Assembly: GCA_002269645.1 (NCBI GenBank)
Contig: NIVC01002409.1
Coordinates: forward strand, 113,148 to 177,147
Length of the DNA stretch: 64,000 nt
Source of the DNA: Macrostomum lignano
Taxonomy: Eukaryota
Reading direction: 5' to 3'
Shown here: in pieces, positions 42,768-53,125 of the stretch
How positions within the stretch are numbered: the first letter of the stretch is position 1
Layout of the letters: the number at the start of each line of letters is the position of its first letter
The notes under the pieces: model-generated
Database searches by the model: none
The model's input: only the letters and a program-made list of their open reading frames with translations
Told to the model about the DNA's origin: nothing
Translations under genes and position numbers: made by a program

Positions 42768-43800
42768 ATGGCTGCCGCTCACCTGCTGGCCTTCCTGATT
42801 CTGCTGGCCGGCTCGGTGCCGCGGCCGGCGGTGCGGGCCGGACTGGCCCAGCAGTTCCACAGCGTGAACGGCAGCCTGTGCATCGGCAGCGAGTTCACTG
42901 AGACCCACAGCGCCGGCTCCGAGCGCGAGTGCGCCATGCTGTGCAGCGACAGCCAGCGCTGCCAGGCCTTCACCACGGCTGACGGTCCGTGCCAGCTGTT
43001 CGTGTTCGACAGGTGCAGCAAGTCGGTGCGGGACTGCGGCTGCTCCCGGAGAGGCCGCCTGTTCGTGAAGCGGCAGCCGGGACTCGAGCCGGGCGCGCTG
43101 TGCCCGCCTGGCTACGGAGACGAGCGCTGCGGAGTGAAGTACCGCCTGATCAACAGCACCGCCACCTGGTCAGCCCAGAAGCTCAGGTGCGAGGCGGGAA
43201 TTCTGCTATCGGGGTTTCTGCGATCCGCTTCACATTCCCCGGGTTTGGCCCCATTTGTTCGGGGTTGTCACGTATAGCTGACCTGAATTTTGCGCAATTT
43301 TCACTCACTAATAAAAGCCAACCCCAAGGCGTAGAGTGAGCACACTGCCGGAGGATGAAAGTCAGGGTAGATTAAGACTCGGTGGGTGTTTCCGTGTCCG
43401 AATGATCCATGCATAATCGGAAATGGTAGCAGAAACGGCTCACGGGCCCTCCGCAACTGACTGAACTGACAGGTGCGAGTCGGATTCCGGCCTGGCGATG
43501 CTGGCCGATGTCACTGACTCGTCTGAGATGAGCCACGTGGACGCCATGTACACCGCGCTCAGCCCGGGAGTCGCTGTCTACCTGGGCGGCTACCGCGTGT
43601 CTCCTGGGGCCGCTCAGACCGACGGCTGGCTCTGGGCGGCCTGCAACATCACGGTGGACAAGACGCTCTGGGCCTCTGGCGAGCCCAATGTGTTTGAGGA
43701 GAAGGCAACGCTCCGGTACCAGACAGTGCCGAAGCTGGTGGACATCACGGATTCGGGAGCCTACGGTGCGATCTGCGAGTGTGTGTCGCCTTTTGACTGA
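42768..43800 (+). CDS. Secreted PAN/apple + C-type lectin protein, copy 3 (intact, 2 exons)
   Basis: Exons 42768-43186 and 43473-43800; splicing AG|GT..AG|G gives in-frame ..TWSAQKLRCESDSGLAMLADV..YLGG..W..GEPNVFEE..ICECVSPFD. Confidence 0.86.
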
Positions 43801-44081
43801 TCGAGCTGGCCAAGCCCGTGAAGTAGAATATTTGAAACAGGTTAAAGTTAACTGAAATTGAGGCAGTGACCTGATATTGAAGCAAGGTGTGAATTCCTCT
43901 GTTTACATGTAATAGTGAATTGGCAGTCCTTGATGTACTGCTGAACTTGCTTAGAGTTTTCGGCGGAGCCATGGGTATCTATAATTAGATAGGCTTCACT
44001 CAAATTTCTGTTTCTTGTTCGATTCTATTGCCGCAAAATGCTTTAGCGTGATGGGAAGTTTTCAGTCTTTCTGAAACACGA

Positions 44082-44179
44082 AACGCCCGCCTGGCTTCGG
44101 AGACAAGCTGTGCGGAGTGAAGTACTGCGCCATCAGCACCCACCGCATTCTGGGCTGGGTCTGGGCGAGCTGCGGCGGC
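44082..44179 (+). pseudogene. Relic of a fourth PAN-CTL copy with an internal deletion
   Basis: CGCCCGCCTGGCTTCGGAGACAAGCTGTGCGGAGTGAAGTAC.. fused directly to GCTGGGTCTGGGCGAGCTGCGGCGGC, which lies about 175 nt further on in copies 1 and 2. Confidence 0.8.
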
Positions 44180-45139
44180 CAAGGACTACTCAAGTAACAT
44201 ATAGGACGCTACACTCTATAGGACGTAAATGTTGGAAGGCAACTTTTCGACGAAAATTTTCAGCACAAAAATTGTTACTGCTTTTGATAGGAGGCAGATC
44301 CAGTGTTCATCTTTTGATGTGTTGTGCCGTTCTTATTGCTCTATCGATATTCGTAAAGCTTTTTGTTCAGAAAATTACTTGTAGGATTATACGTTAATTT
44401 TTTATTCTACGTACAATTGCACATGTCCTGTGCCTAAAAACCATTAAAACAACACGGCTCGGCTCATTGGTTTTATGAATCTGTTTTGTCTTTCCTCGCT
44501 GACTGTGTAGCAATATGTGAAACAGAGATGATAAAATTGATTCATAAAACCAAAGATTCGAGCTGTGCCATGCATTTTTTTATGATTTTTTAGGTACAGG
44601 AAAGATACGAAGATTAAAAAATTAACACAGAATCCTAACTTGCTGAACAAAAAGCTTTATGAATATCAATAGAGCTACAAGAAAGGCACAACATATCAAA
44701 ATATGAACATATCTCGGTAATGTATTCTCTATAGTTTCGACAAAGTAGATAGGTAAGCAGGAGCTGGTGTATAGTAGGTGATTAGCGCTGATTCTGATGA
44801 GGCATCGACCTGTTTTCCCGTTTCGAATGTTTTACAGTACTTTCAAAAACTGGCCTAGACTGTTGCGAGCATATCGAAGTTTTCAATTTGCGTATTTTGT
44901 TTTTCAACTTTTCTGTCTCACCCCGCACTCGCCTTTGAGTTTTCCACGAAAATTAGAAGTGTTATTCAATGCTTCAGTGATATGTACATGCAAATATCCT
45001 ATCTAAGCATAAATTACATAAAAGCAATTTGCTAGATGTGTGTCATTCCTGGAATAGACGCTCGCTGTCCTCTATTGAATTCATAGCAAAAATGAATCGA
45101 TTTTATATTTGTTATATTTAATTAGCCCGGTTGAAAAAC

Positions 45140-46010
45140 TTAGCGGGCCTCAGTGGGCTTTTGAGCGGGCCATTAGCGGGCCGAAGCGAATCGGCCCGTA
45201 TTACAGGCCTTTTACAACAAATTGGCCCGCTGAAACTCGGCCTGCTCTGAAGCCCGCTGATTAGCCCGCTAATGGCCCGCTCGAAACCGATCCGCAGATC
45301 GGCCCGCTGATTAGCCCGCTGGTTGGCCCGCTCACTGGCCCGTTCTAAACCGGCCCGCTGCGCGGCCCACTGGTTGGCCCGCTGGTTGGCCCGTTCTAAA
45401 CCGGCCCGCTGGTTGGCCCGTTGGTTGGCCCGCTCAATGGCCCGTTCTAAACCGGCCAGCTGCTCGGCCCACTAGTTGGCCCGCTCACTGGCCCGCTGGT
45501 TGGCCCGTTCTAAACCGGCCCGCTGGTTGGCCCGTTGGTTGGCCCGCTCAATGGCCCGTTCTAAACCGGCCAGCTGCTCGGCCCACTAGTTGGCCCGCTC
45601 ACTGGCCCGCTGGTTGGCCCGTTCTAAACCGGCCCGCTGGTTGGCCCGCTGGTTGGCCCGCTCAATGGTCCGTTCTAAACCGGCCAGCTGCTCGGCCCAC
45701 TAGTTGGCCCGCTCACTGGCCCGTTCTAAACCGGCCCGCTGGTTGGCCCGCTGGTTGGCCCGCTCAATGGTCCGTTCTAAACCGGCCCGCTGCACGGCCC
45801 GCTGGTTGGCCCGCTCACTGGCCCGATCTAAACCGGCCCGCTGCTCGGCCCACTAGTTGGCCCGCTGGTTGGCCCGCTGGTTGGCCCGTTCTAAACCGGC
45901 CCGCTGGTTGGCCCGCTGGTTGGCCCGCTGGTTGGCCCGTTCTAAACCGGCCCGCTGGTTGGCCCGCTGGTTGGCCCGCTCAATGGTCCGTTCTAAACCG
46001 GCCCGCTGAC
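45140..46010. repeat. Left subterminal repeat array (GGTTGGCCCGCT / GGCCCGTTCTAAACC motifs)
   Basis: Direct; inverse of the right array. Confidence 0.95.
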
Positions 46011-46541
46011 TTGTTGTGAACGTGATAATCTTATCAAATGGTGTATAAACTTGTACGTGTAAACTTTTGCGGTGTCTTGGCGCTCGGGCAATTATTTGAT
46101 TTGTAGAGCACTAATGCTGTCCAATAAACTGTGCATACACAAATTTCATGATGACATGTACAATGAGTGTGTCAATTTTATTTATTTTTATCGCCTTATA
46201 CGCCCACAGCAATTTGTATATCGCGCTACGTTGTGACGTATGTACTTCAGATATCACCCAGTTTAGTGTGAAACCATTGCTTCGCCCTTTGTTGGCTCTT
46301 GGGCTAAGATAGCAAACTGATTTAAACTGATAGTAGAATGATGGTATTTGTTAATTAACAATTTTAGTACGGATTCTCTCCTAGTCACACAGGTATTCAA
46401 TTTCTTCATTTTCAGTCACTTGAACGACTAAAAGAGCTCGACAAGAAGTCAGTTGCCATCGCACGGCGCTTCAGTCGACTCAAAGAATCACTCAGACAGA
46501 CAGTTGCGGCGACAGCCCGTCCGACACGAGCAGAAGCTTCA

Positions 46542-49196
46542 GTGAGCCATTTACTAACTGCAACTCGGACCACTCATGACGTACCAACCACTCATGACGC
46601 GCAAACAAGCAACAGTGTAGCCAGTGTTGGCAGCAGCTGGCAGCCAGCATTGGCAACAGGTGGATGTAGCAGTGGCGTCCAGACTCCCATGGTCGTCGAG
46701 CCTACCGGCTCGCAGTATTCAGACAACGACGATGAGGACGTATCTTCTAGATCTATCGTTGAGGAACCAGGCGAAGAAGCTCCAGATGACGACTATTGGA
46801 GTGGCGCTCCAATGGCGTTGGACGCCATCGAGCAGTGCGACGATTGTGAGGACTTCACTGAAGATGACCGCCCACCAGAGGATGAGGATGTACCGTGTGT
46901 TGGCAATGGAGCCACCCATAACCCAGAAGCTATGGATATGCAGCCGCGTAGGAGAAATGGAGCCGCACTTTTCCTAGACTCTCCGTTGACCTACGATTCG
47001 TTTGCGGCCTATGTGCATTTGTTCAGCGAGCGCCAGTCTCTGCCAAGGAAAGGCATAGCTGACCTGCTTCGCCTCTTCCATGCAGCTGTGCCAGTCGGTA
47101 GCAACCTGCCTGGTAGTGTATATTTACTACGGAAAACAGTCCAGGCATTCGCGAACGACTTTACATCGCCACCCCGACTGTTCTGTTCCTCCTGTAGTGC
47201 TGAGGTCACGTCAGCACAGGCTCAGAACCGTGAAAATTGCACTTATTGTAACAAGGAACTGTCGCCGGCCGGCGTATCCAAGTTTTATACCACCGACTTT
47301 AAATTGCAAATCAGACAGTTAATTGAACAGTGCCGGCTTCTACAGAGCGTAACTTTCCCTGTCGATTTGTCATCTGAAGATCGTAATTTTGTCTCAGTAT
47401 CCAGTTGCGACGAGTATCGGCATTTCAAGCGTTCAGTTCGGCTACACTTGAAGCAAGATCTGTCGTATACTGTGAACATCGACGGCTTTCCAGTATTTGC
47501 AGACGCGCTGATGGAAATGTGCCCAGTGTACTTGAGTATCAACGAAGTACACGAAGCAATGAAATCGCGTTTCATCGTCGTATGTGGTTTCTGGGCTGCA
47601 AAGTCGAAAGTCAAGACATCCACCTTCCTTCCCGGCCTTGTTAGAGAGCTGAATGAGCTCCGGTCTATCGGGATCACCTACAGCACAGGTGGTGGCACTG
47701 AAGGCGACGCGCCTGGTCTTCTTCGACTGCACCCGTACCTATTCGTCTTGGATGCCCCACAGAGAGCTGAGGTTGTCGGTCTAAAGCGTCACAATGCAGA
47801 GTTCGGCTGCGACAACTGCTATGTGAAGACGCAGAGATCATTGGGTGCCAATCGGTACCCAGTCAGTGGCAAAGAAGAGGCGGTTGCGCTGGCAACCGCA
47901 GTCGGTTGTATTACACCGCACGCTCGTAGCTTGCGAGACACGCGCCTACTGGCGCACAACATCCCGGTCGGCAAGGACAACTATCTGGGCGTTATGTGCG
48001 TGTCAGTGTTGGACCAGTTAAACGGTTTCGACTACATGCATGGGTGTCCACCGTGTCTGCTTCATCAGTGCTATCTTGGACTCGTTCACTGGATTTTGAA
48101 ACAGCTGTTTCATCCTAAGAAACCAGACATGTACCACGCGCATAACCCCAATCTAGTTTCGCGACGTGCAGATGTGGACCTTGCCTCTTCGCGGATTCAC
48201 GTACCCCTGTCTCATCAACGTGCTCCCCGAAGTTTCCATGAACTCGGCATGTTTCGGGGCCACGAACTTGAGGCATGGTTAATCGTCTACGGCCCTATGG
48301 TGATGGAAGGCATCCTGCCCGACCGCTACTACTGGCACCTTCAGCTACTGTCCACGGCCATGTTCTGGCTTACATTGGATGGAGCGCCTCTAATGGAAGT
48401 GATGAAAGCCAGCCGGCTTCTGCACTACTTTTACAGTCAGCTGCCTCAGATGTACTCCAACATGGCCCTTACGTACAATGCACACCAAGTTTGTGAGCAC
48501 TTTGTATCGTACGTAACTTTATACGGGCCAATGTGGAGGATGTCTGCGGGCTTGTTTGAGTCGTCGCATGCGAATCTTCGCACCAAAATTCACGGCTCCA
48601 GGAATGTTGACACCGAAGTTGCCGGCCTCCTACAGCGCCAATTGGCGCGAAGGCAAATGATGGCCGAATTGCAACTCCCCAACATCTTCAGCGAGGGACC
48701 ACCAAATGGTGAGGTTCGACTGCCGGATGGTGTGCGACTGCGCAATCCTATTCGCCGCCAATTGGCGGGCGGTGACACACGGTATGGCAAAGCAGTACTG
48801 ACCAGCGGGCTACGCATTGAAATATTCTTGCCTCGCCTGATCCACCAGCGCGCCGCCTCGTGCTTTGTTACTGTCCTCATCCCTAACTGTCGTCAGCCGT
48901 TTGAATTCGCACGAATTGAGGAAATTCAACTCCGGGACAATTGCGCATGGGTTCGCCTACGCCGCCTTCTGACTGTGGAGCCGCACGAGGACAATCATCC
49001 GTTGTACCGCTTGACTGGCGAACCGGACCACGGCGGATGCTCAGTCGCACACGTTCGGCGCCTGCGTGCCAATCCATTTTGCGCAGTTGACAAATACTAC
49101 TTCGAAATCCCTGCTAACGACGTACTCGCTACGTGTTGTGTGAACGACCGCTACGTAGCATTCCTCCCCCATATTCAGTTTTCTTACGCAGCGTGA
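46542..49196 (+). CDS. CACTA/EnSpm-family DDE transposase (TnpD-like)
   Basis: Uninterrupted 884-codon ORF, also open upstream to an acceptor at 46415. Motifs YTVNIDG (D), LDAPQRA (D), GCDNC, CLLH..LG, R.PRS, ELEAWL..YGP, H..YV..YGP, FES (E), plus an N-terminal CxxC..CxxC pair. Confidence 0.9.
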   Translation: MSHLLTATRTTHDVPTTHDAQTSNSVASVGSSWQPALATGGCSSGVQTPMVVEPTGSQYSDNDDEDVSSRSIVEEPGEEAPDDDYWSGAPMALDAIEQCDDCEDFTEDDRPPEDEDVPCVGNGATHNPEAMDMQPRRRNGAALFLDSPLTYDSFAAYVHLFSERQSLPRKGIADLLRLFHAAVPVGSNLPGSVYLLRKTVQAFANDFTSPPRLFCSSCSAEVTSAQAQNRENCTYCNKELSPAGVSKFYTTDFKLQIRQLIEQCRLLQSVTFPVDLSSEDRNFVSVSSCDEYRHFKRSVRLHLKQDLSYTVNIDGFPVFADALMEMCPVYLSINEVHEAMKSRFIVVCGFWAAKSKVKTSTFLPGLVRELNELRSIGITYSTGGGTEGDAPGLLRLHPYLFVLDAPQRAEVVGLKRHNAEFGCDNCYVKTQRSLGANRYPVSGKEEAVALATAVGCITPHARSLRDTRLLAHNIPVGKDNYLGVMCVSVLDQLNGFDYMHGCPPCLLHQCYLGLVHWILKQLFHPKKPDMYHAHNPNLVSRRADVDLASSRIHVPLSHQRAPRSFHELGMFRGHELEAWLIVYGPMVMEGILPDRYYWHLQLLSTAMFWLTLDGAPLMEVMKASRLLHYFYSQLPQMYSNMALTYNAHQVCEHFVSYVTLYGPMWRMSAGLFESSHANLRTKIHGSRNVDTEVAGLLQRQLARRQMMAELQLPNIFSEGPPNGEVRLPDGVRLRNPIRRQLAGGDTRYGKAVLTSGLRIEIFLPRLIHQRAASCFVTVLIPNCRQPFEFARIEEIQLRDNCAWVRLRRLLTVEPHEDNHPLYRLTGEPDHGGCSVAHVRRLRANPFCAVDKYYFEIPANDVLATCCVNDRYVAFLPHIQFSYAA

Positions 49197-49709
49197 GAAT
49201 TGTATGTACTCATTGTACGTAGGGTGTCCCAATAAGAAGGAAAAATCGTTGCACAGGCTTTCTGGTAAAACAATATAATTTCTTAGAACTCACATCACTA
49301 TAGTAAGTAAACATTCGAAAGTTCTAAAGCTTTTTAAATTGAGTAGAAATGTCACCTGTTCATTCAAAACTTATGACTACAGTTTACAACAAGGGGTGAG
49401 GGCTAGAGGACACCCTCGCTCAAACGGGACGGGATATGCCATAATTGCTCTTTTCCAGCATGCCTTCTTCAACTGTGTTTTGCTTTTATTGCTTTTATAT
49501 ATAATATATATATTGCTTATACTGCTTACTACTGCACATTGCTATGTGGTATCATAGGAAATTATATTTATATTTAGTAACAAACGTCGGTCACATGACG
49601 TCTATATCCATATGTTGCCTTCCTTTACGCCTTTATTTCTACCTGACAATATAGTAGGTTACAACCGGTACGCAGCTGTCCTTTTGTTCCAATAATCACG
49701 GTTTGTCCG

Positions 49710-50081
49710 TTGGCCCTGACAAAATTGGAAGCCGCAGCAGTTGAAATGCGAAAAGCCGCAAACAATAACAAGATTCACAGACGAGCCATTCGGCTAGTCA
49801 TACTTGCTGTGTGCCCTGAGCAAGACCTGCGAACCGCATCTTGGGCTGGTCGACAGGTGAAAGGAGAGAAAGCGGCCAACCGGGTTGAGCTGGATAGCTC
49901 TAAGAAGGCGGCCATACGGTCCTACCTGGCCAGTAAACTGGTCTCAGAGGAGGACAAAAAACTATTCACAGACGCCGAACTCGGCGAGGTCTTTTGCCGT
50001 ACAGCCAGGACCGTACGGGATCGGGAGAGTTCGTCTGCGAAAAGTGGCGCCTGCGCAGAAAATGAAGAGGAAAGCGAGTAG
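49710..50081 (+). CDS. Second transposon ORF/exon with a BEN-domain-like sequence
   Basis: AIRLVILAVCPEQDLRTASWAGRQVK..RVELDSSKKAAIRSYL..EVFCRTARTVRDR resembles the BEN pattern (R.L...F.EE.L...S..G....R..LD..K..AIR.Y). Recognised by eye only; start and splicing unresolved. Confidence 0.55.
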   Translation: MALTKLEAAAVEMRKAANNNKIHRRAIRLVILAVCPEQDLRTASWAGRQVKGEKAANRVELDSSKKAAIRSYLASKLVSEEDKKLFTDAELGEVFCRTARTVRDRESSSAKSGACAENEEESE

Positions 50082-50399
50082 TAGAGACTAGGCCTCGATT
50101 GTGGTGACAATTTTTCACTATGCTGACAAACATTACTTTGGGTTGAGAATAGACTCTGAGGCTAGGGTTGCTCTTTTATATATTAGCTCTTTTAGCTCTA
50201 TTAGCTATATTAGCTCTTTTAGCTATTCGTGCCACCATGAAAAAATACTAGTATTCAATTTTAACCTTAACATCACTTTGTTTTTACCAGATCCGATGAT
50301 GTATATTCCCGGTTTTTATAAAAAAGCTAATTGTACGGCTCATCGGTCTGACTTAGAAATCTCATGCTTATTTTGCTTCTTTACTTATTTTTTTTGTTC

Positions 50400-51580
50400 G
50401 TTCAGCGGGCCAACCAGAGGGCCGGTTTAGAACGGGCCAACCAGCGGGCCAACCAACAGGACAGCCAGCGGGCCGGTTTAGAACGGGCCAATGAGCGGGC
50501 CGGTTTAGAACGGGCCAATGAGCGGGCTGGTTTAGAACGGGCCAATGAGCGGGCCAGCCAGCAGGCCGGTTTACAACGGGTCAATGAGTGGGCCAGTGAG
50601 CGGGCCAACCAGCGGGCCAACCAACGGGCCAACCAGCGGGCCGGTTTAGAACGGGCCAACCAGCGGGCCAACCAACGGGCCAGCCAGCGGGCTGGTTTAG
50701 AACGGGCCAATGAGCGGGCCAGCCAGCAGGCCGGTTTACAACGGGTCAATGAGTGGGCCAATGAGCGGGCCAACCAACGGGCCAACCAGCGGGCCGGTTA
50801 AGAACGGGCCAATCAGCGGGCCAACCAACGGGCCAACCAGCGGGCCGGTTTAGAACGGGCCAATCAGCGGGCCAGCCAGCAGGCCGGTTTAGAACGGGTC
50901 AATGAGTGGGCCAGTGAGCGGGCCAACCAACGGGCCAGCCAGCGGGCCAAACAACGGGCCAGCCAGCGGGCCGGTTTAGAACGGGCCAGTGAGCGGGCCA
51001 GCCAGCGGGCCAACCAACGGGCCAACCAGCGGGCCGGTTTAGAACGGGCCAACCAGCGGGCCAACCAACGGGCCAGCCAGCGGGCCGGTTTAGAACGGGC
51101 CAATGAGCGGGCCGGTTTAGAACGGGCCAATGAGCGGGCTGGTTTAGAACGGGCCAATGAGCGGGCCAGCCAGCAGGCCGGTTTACAACGGGTCAATGAG
51201 TGGGCCAATGAGCGGGCCAACCAACGTGCCAACCAGCGGGCCGGTTAAGAACGGGCCAATCAGCGGGCCAACCAACGGGCCAACCAGCGGGCCGGTTTAG
51301 AACGGGCCAATGAGGGGGCCAATCAGCGGGCCAGCCAGCAGGCCGGTTTAGAACGGGTCAATGAGTGGGCCAGTGAGCGGGCCAACCAACGGGCCAGCCA
51401 GCGGGCCAAACAACGGGCCAGCCAGCGGGCCGGTTTAGAACGGGCCAGTGAGCGGGCCAGCCAGCGGGCCCAGAAGCGGGCCGTGGAACGGGCCGATTTG
51501 AGAGACTCGTTGATTTGGAAAAATGAGCGGGCTTTTAGAGCGGGCTTTTCTGACACGAAGTGGCCGATGAGCGGGCCAAT
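50400..51580. repeat. Right subterminal repeat array (AGCGGGCCAACC / GGTTTAGAACGGGCC motifs)
   Basis: Direct; explains the ERANQRAG ORFs. Confidence 0.95.
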
Positions 51581-51966
51581 TTCAATGGGCTAATCCAGTA
51601 TTTTTTTCAACCGGGTAGTTGTTTAAATTCGTGTACACGTGCATGCAGATCTTTTCTGCCGCAGCTCCGGTATGAGTAACATACGAGTACACCATGCCTA
51701 ACCCTGCAGTTATGGGGGGCTTCACATCTATATATGCACATGTAGACTACTAGTAATAACTGTCAGTAGTTGAGAAGCGTGATACTTCAGCAAGGAGGGG
51801 GGGGGGGTAAGGGTAACTGATTAACCATCCAGACAGCCTTTGAGACAGTGGAGGGAGCAGATATACTCGTAAATTTGAATGGAACAGGATTTCAAGTTTT
51901 GAGTTTAAAATGGTACACGACGAAGCTTGAGTGCGCGTATCAGACATTAAAAAACCGACTATACCG

Positions 51967-53125
51967 TCTCACTGAGTGACCAGACCAATAACCAATCGTC
52001 ACTGAGTAACCAGACCAGTAACCAATTGTCACTGAGTGACCAGACCAATAACCAATCGTCACTGAGTGACCAGACCAGTAACCAATTGTCACTGAGTGAC
52101 CAGACCAGTAACCAATTGTCACTGAGTAACCAGACCAGTAACCAATTGTCACTGAGTGACCAGACCAGTAACCAATTGTCACTGAGTAACCAGACCAGTA
52201 ACCAATTGTCACTGGGTGACCAGACCAGTAACCAATTGTCACTGGGTGACCAGACCAGTAACCAATTGTCACTGGGTGACCAGACCAGTAACCAATTGTC
52301 ACTGAGTAACCAGACCAGTAACCAATCGTCACTGAGTGACCAGACCAGTAACCAATTGTCACTGAGTGACCAGACCAGTAACCAATTGTCACTGAGTAAC
52401 CAGACCAGTAACCAATTGTCACTGGGTGACCAGACCAGTAACCAATTGTCACTGGGTGACCAGACCAGTAACCAATTGTCACTGGGTGACCAGACCAGTA
52501 ACCAATTGTCACTGGGTGACCAGACCAGTAACCAATTGTCACTGAGTGACCAGACCAGTAACCAATTGTGACTGGGTGACCAGACCAGTAACCAATTGTC
52601 ACTGAGTGACCAGACCAGTAACCAATTGTCACTGAGTGACCAGACCAGTAACCAATTGTCACTGAGTGACCAGACCAGTAACCAATTGTCACTGAGTGAC
52701 CAGACCAGTAACCAATTGTCACTGAGTGACCAGACCAGTAACCAATTGTCACTGAGTGACCAGACCAGTAACCAATTGTCACTGAGTGACCAGACCAGTA
52801 ACCAATTGTCACTGAGTGACGAGACCAGTAACCAATTGTCACTGAGTAACCAGACCAGTAACCAATTGTCACTGAGTAACCAGACCAGTAACCAATTGTC
52901 ACTGGGTGACCAGACCAGTAACCAATTGTCACTGAGTGACCAGACCAGTAACCAATTGTCACTGAGTAACCAGACCAGTAACCAATTGTCACTGAGTAAC
53001 CAGACCAGTAACCAATTGTCACTGAGTAACCAGACCAGTAACCAATTGTCACTGAGTGACCAGACCAGTAACCAATTGTCACTGGGTGACCAGACCAGTA
53101 ACCAATTGTCACTGAGTGACCAGAC
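51967..53125. repeat. 30-bp satellite (GTCACTGAGTGACCAGACCAGTAACCAATT)n, about 38 units
   Basis: Direct. Confidence 0.97.

Larger units (their letters stand above)
45126..51615 (+). mobile_element. CACTA/EnSpm (CMC)-type DNA transposon, 6490 bp, structurally complete
   Basis: 13-bp TIR CCCGGTTGAAAAA / TTTTTCAACCGGG; 3-bp TSD TAG (45123-45125, 51616-51618); mirrored subterminal GGCCCGCT arrays; internal transposase ORF. Confidence 0.92.

Noticed and set aside
44790-44830. CTGATGA as a second hammerhead core
   Set aside because: No GAAA and no supporting helices.
50364-51556. ERANQRAG / ARWLARS repeat proteins
   Set aside because: Translations of the transposon subterminal arrays.
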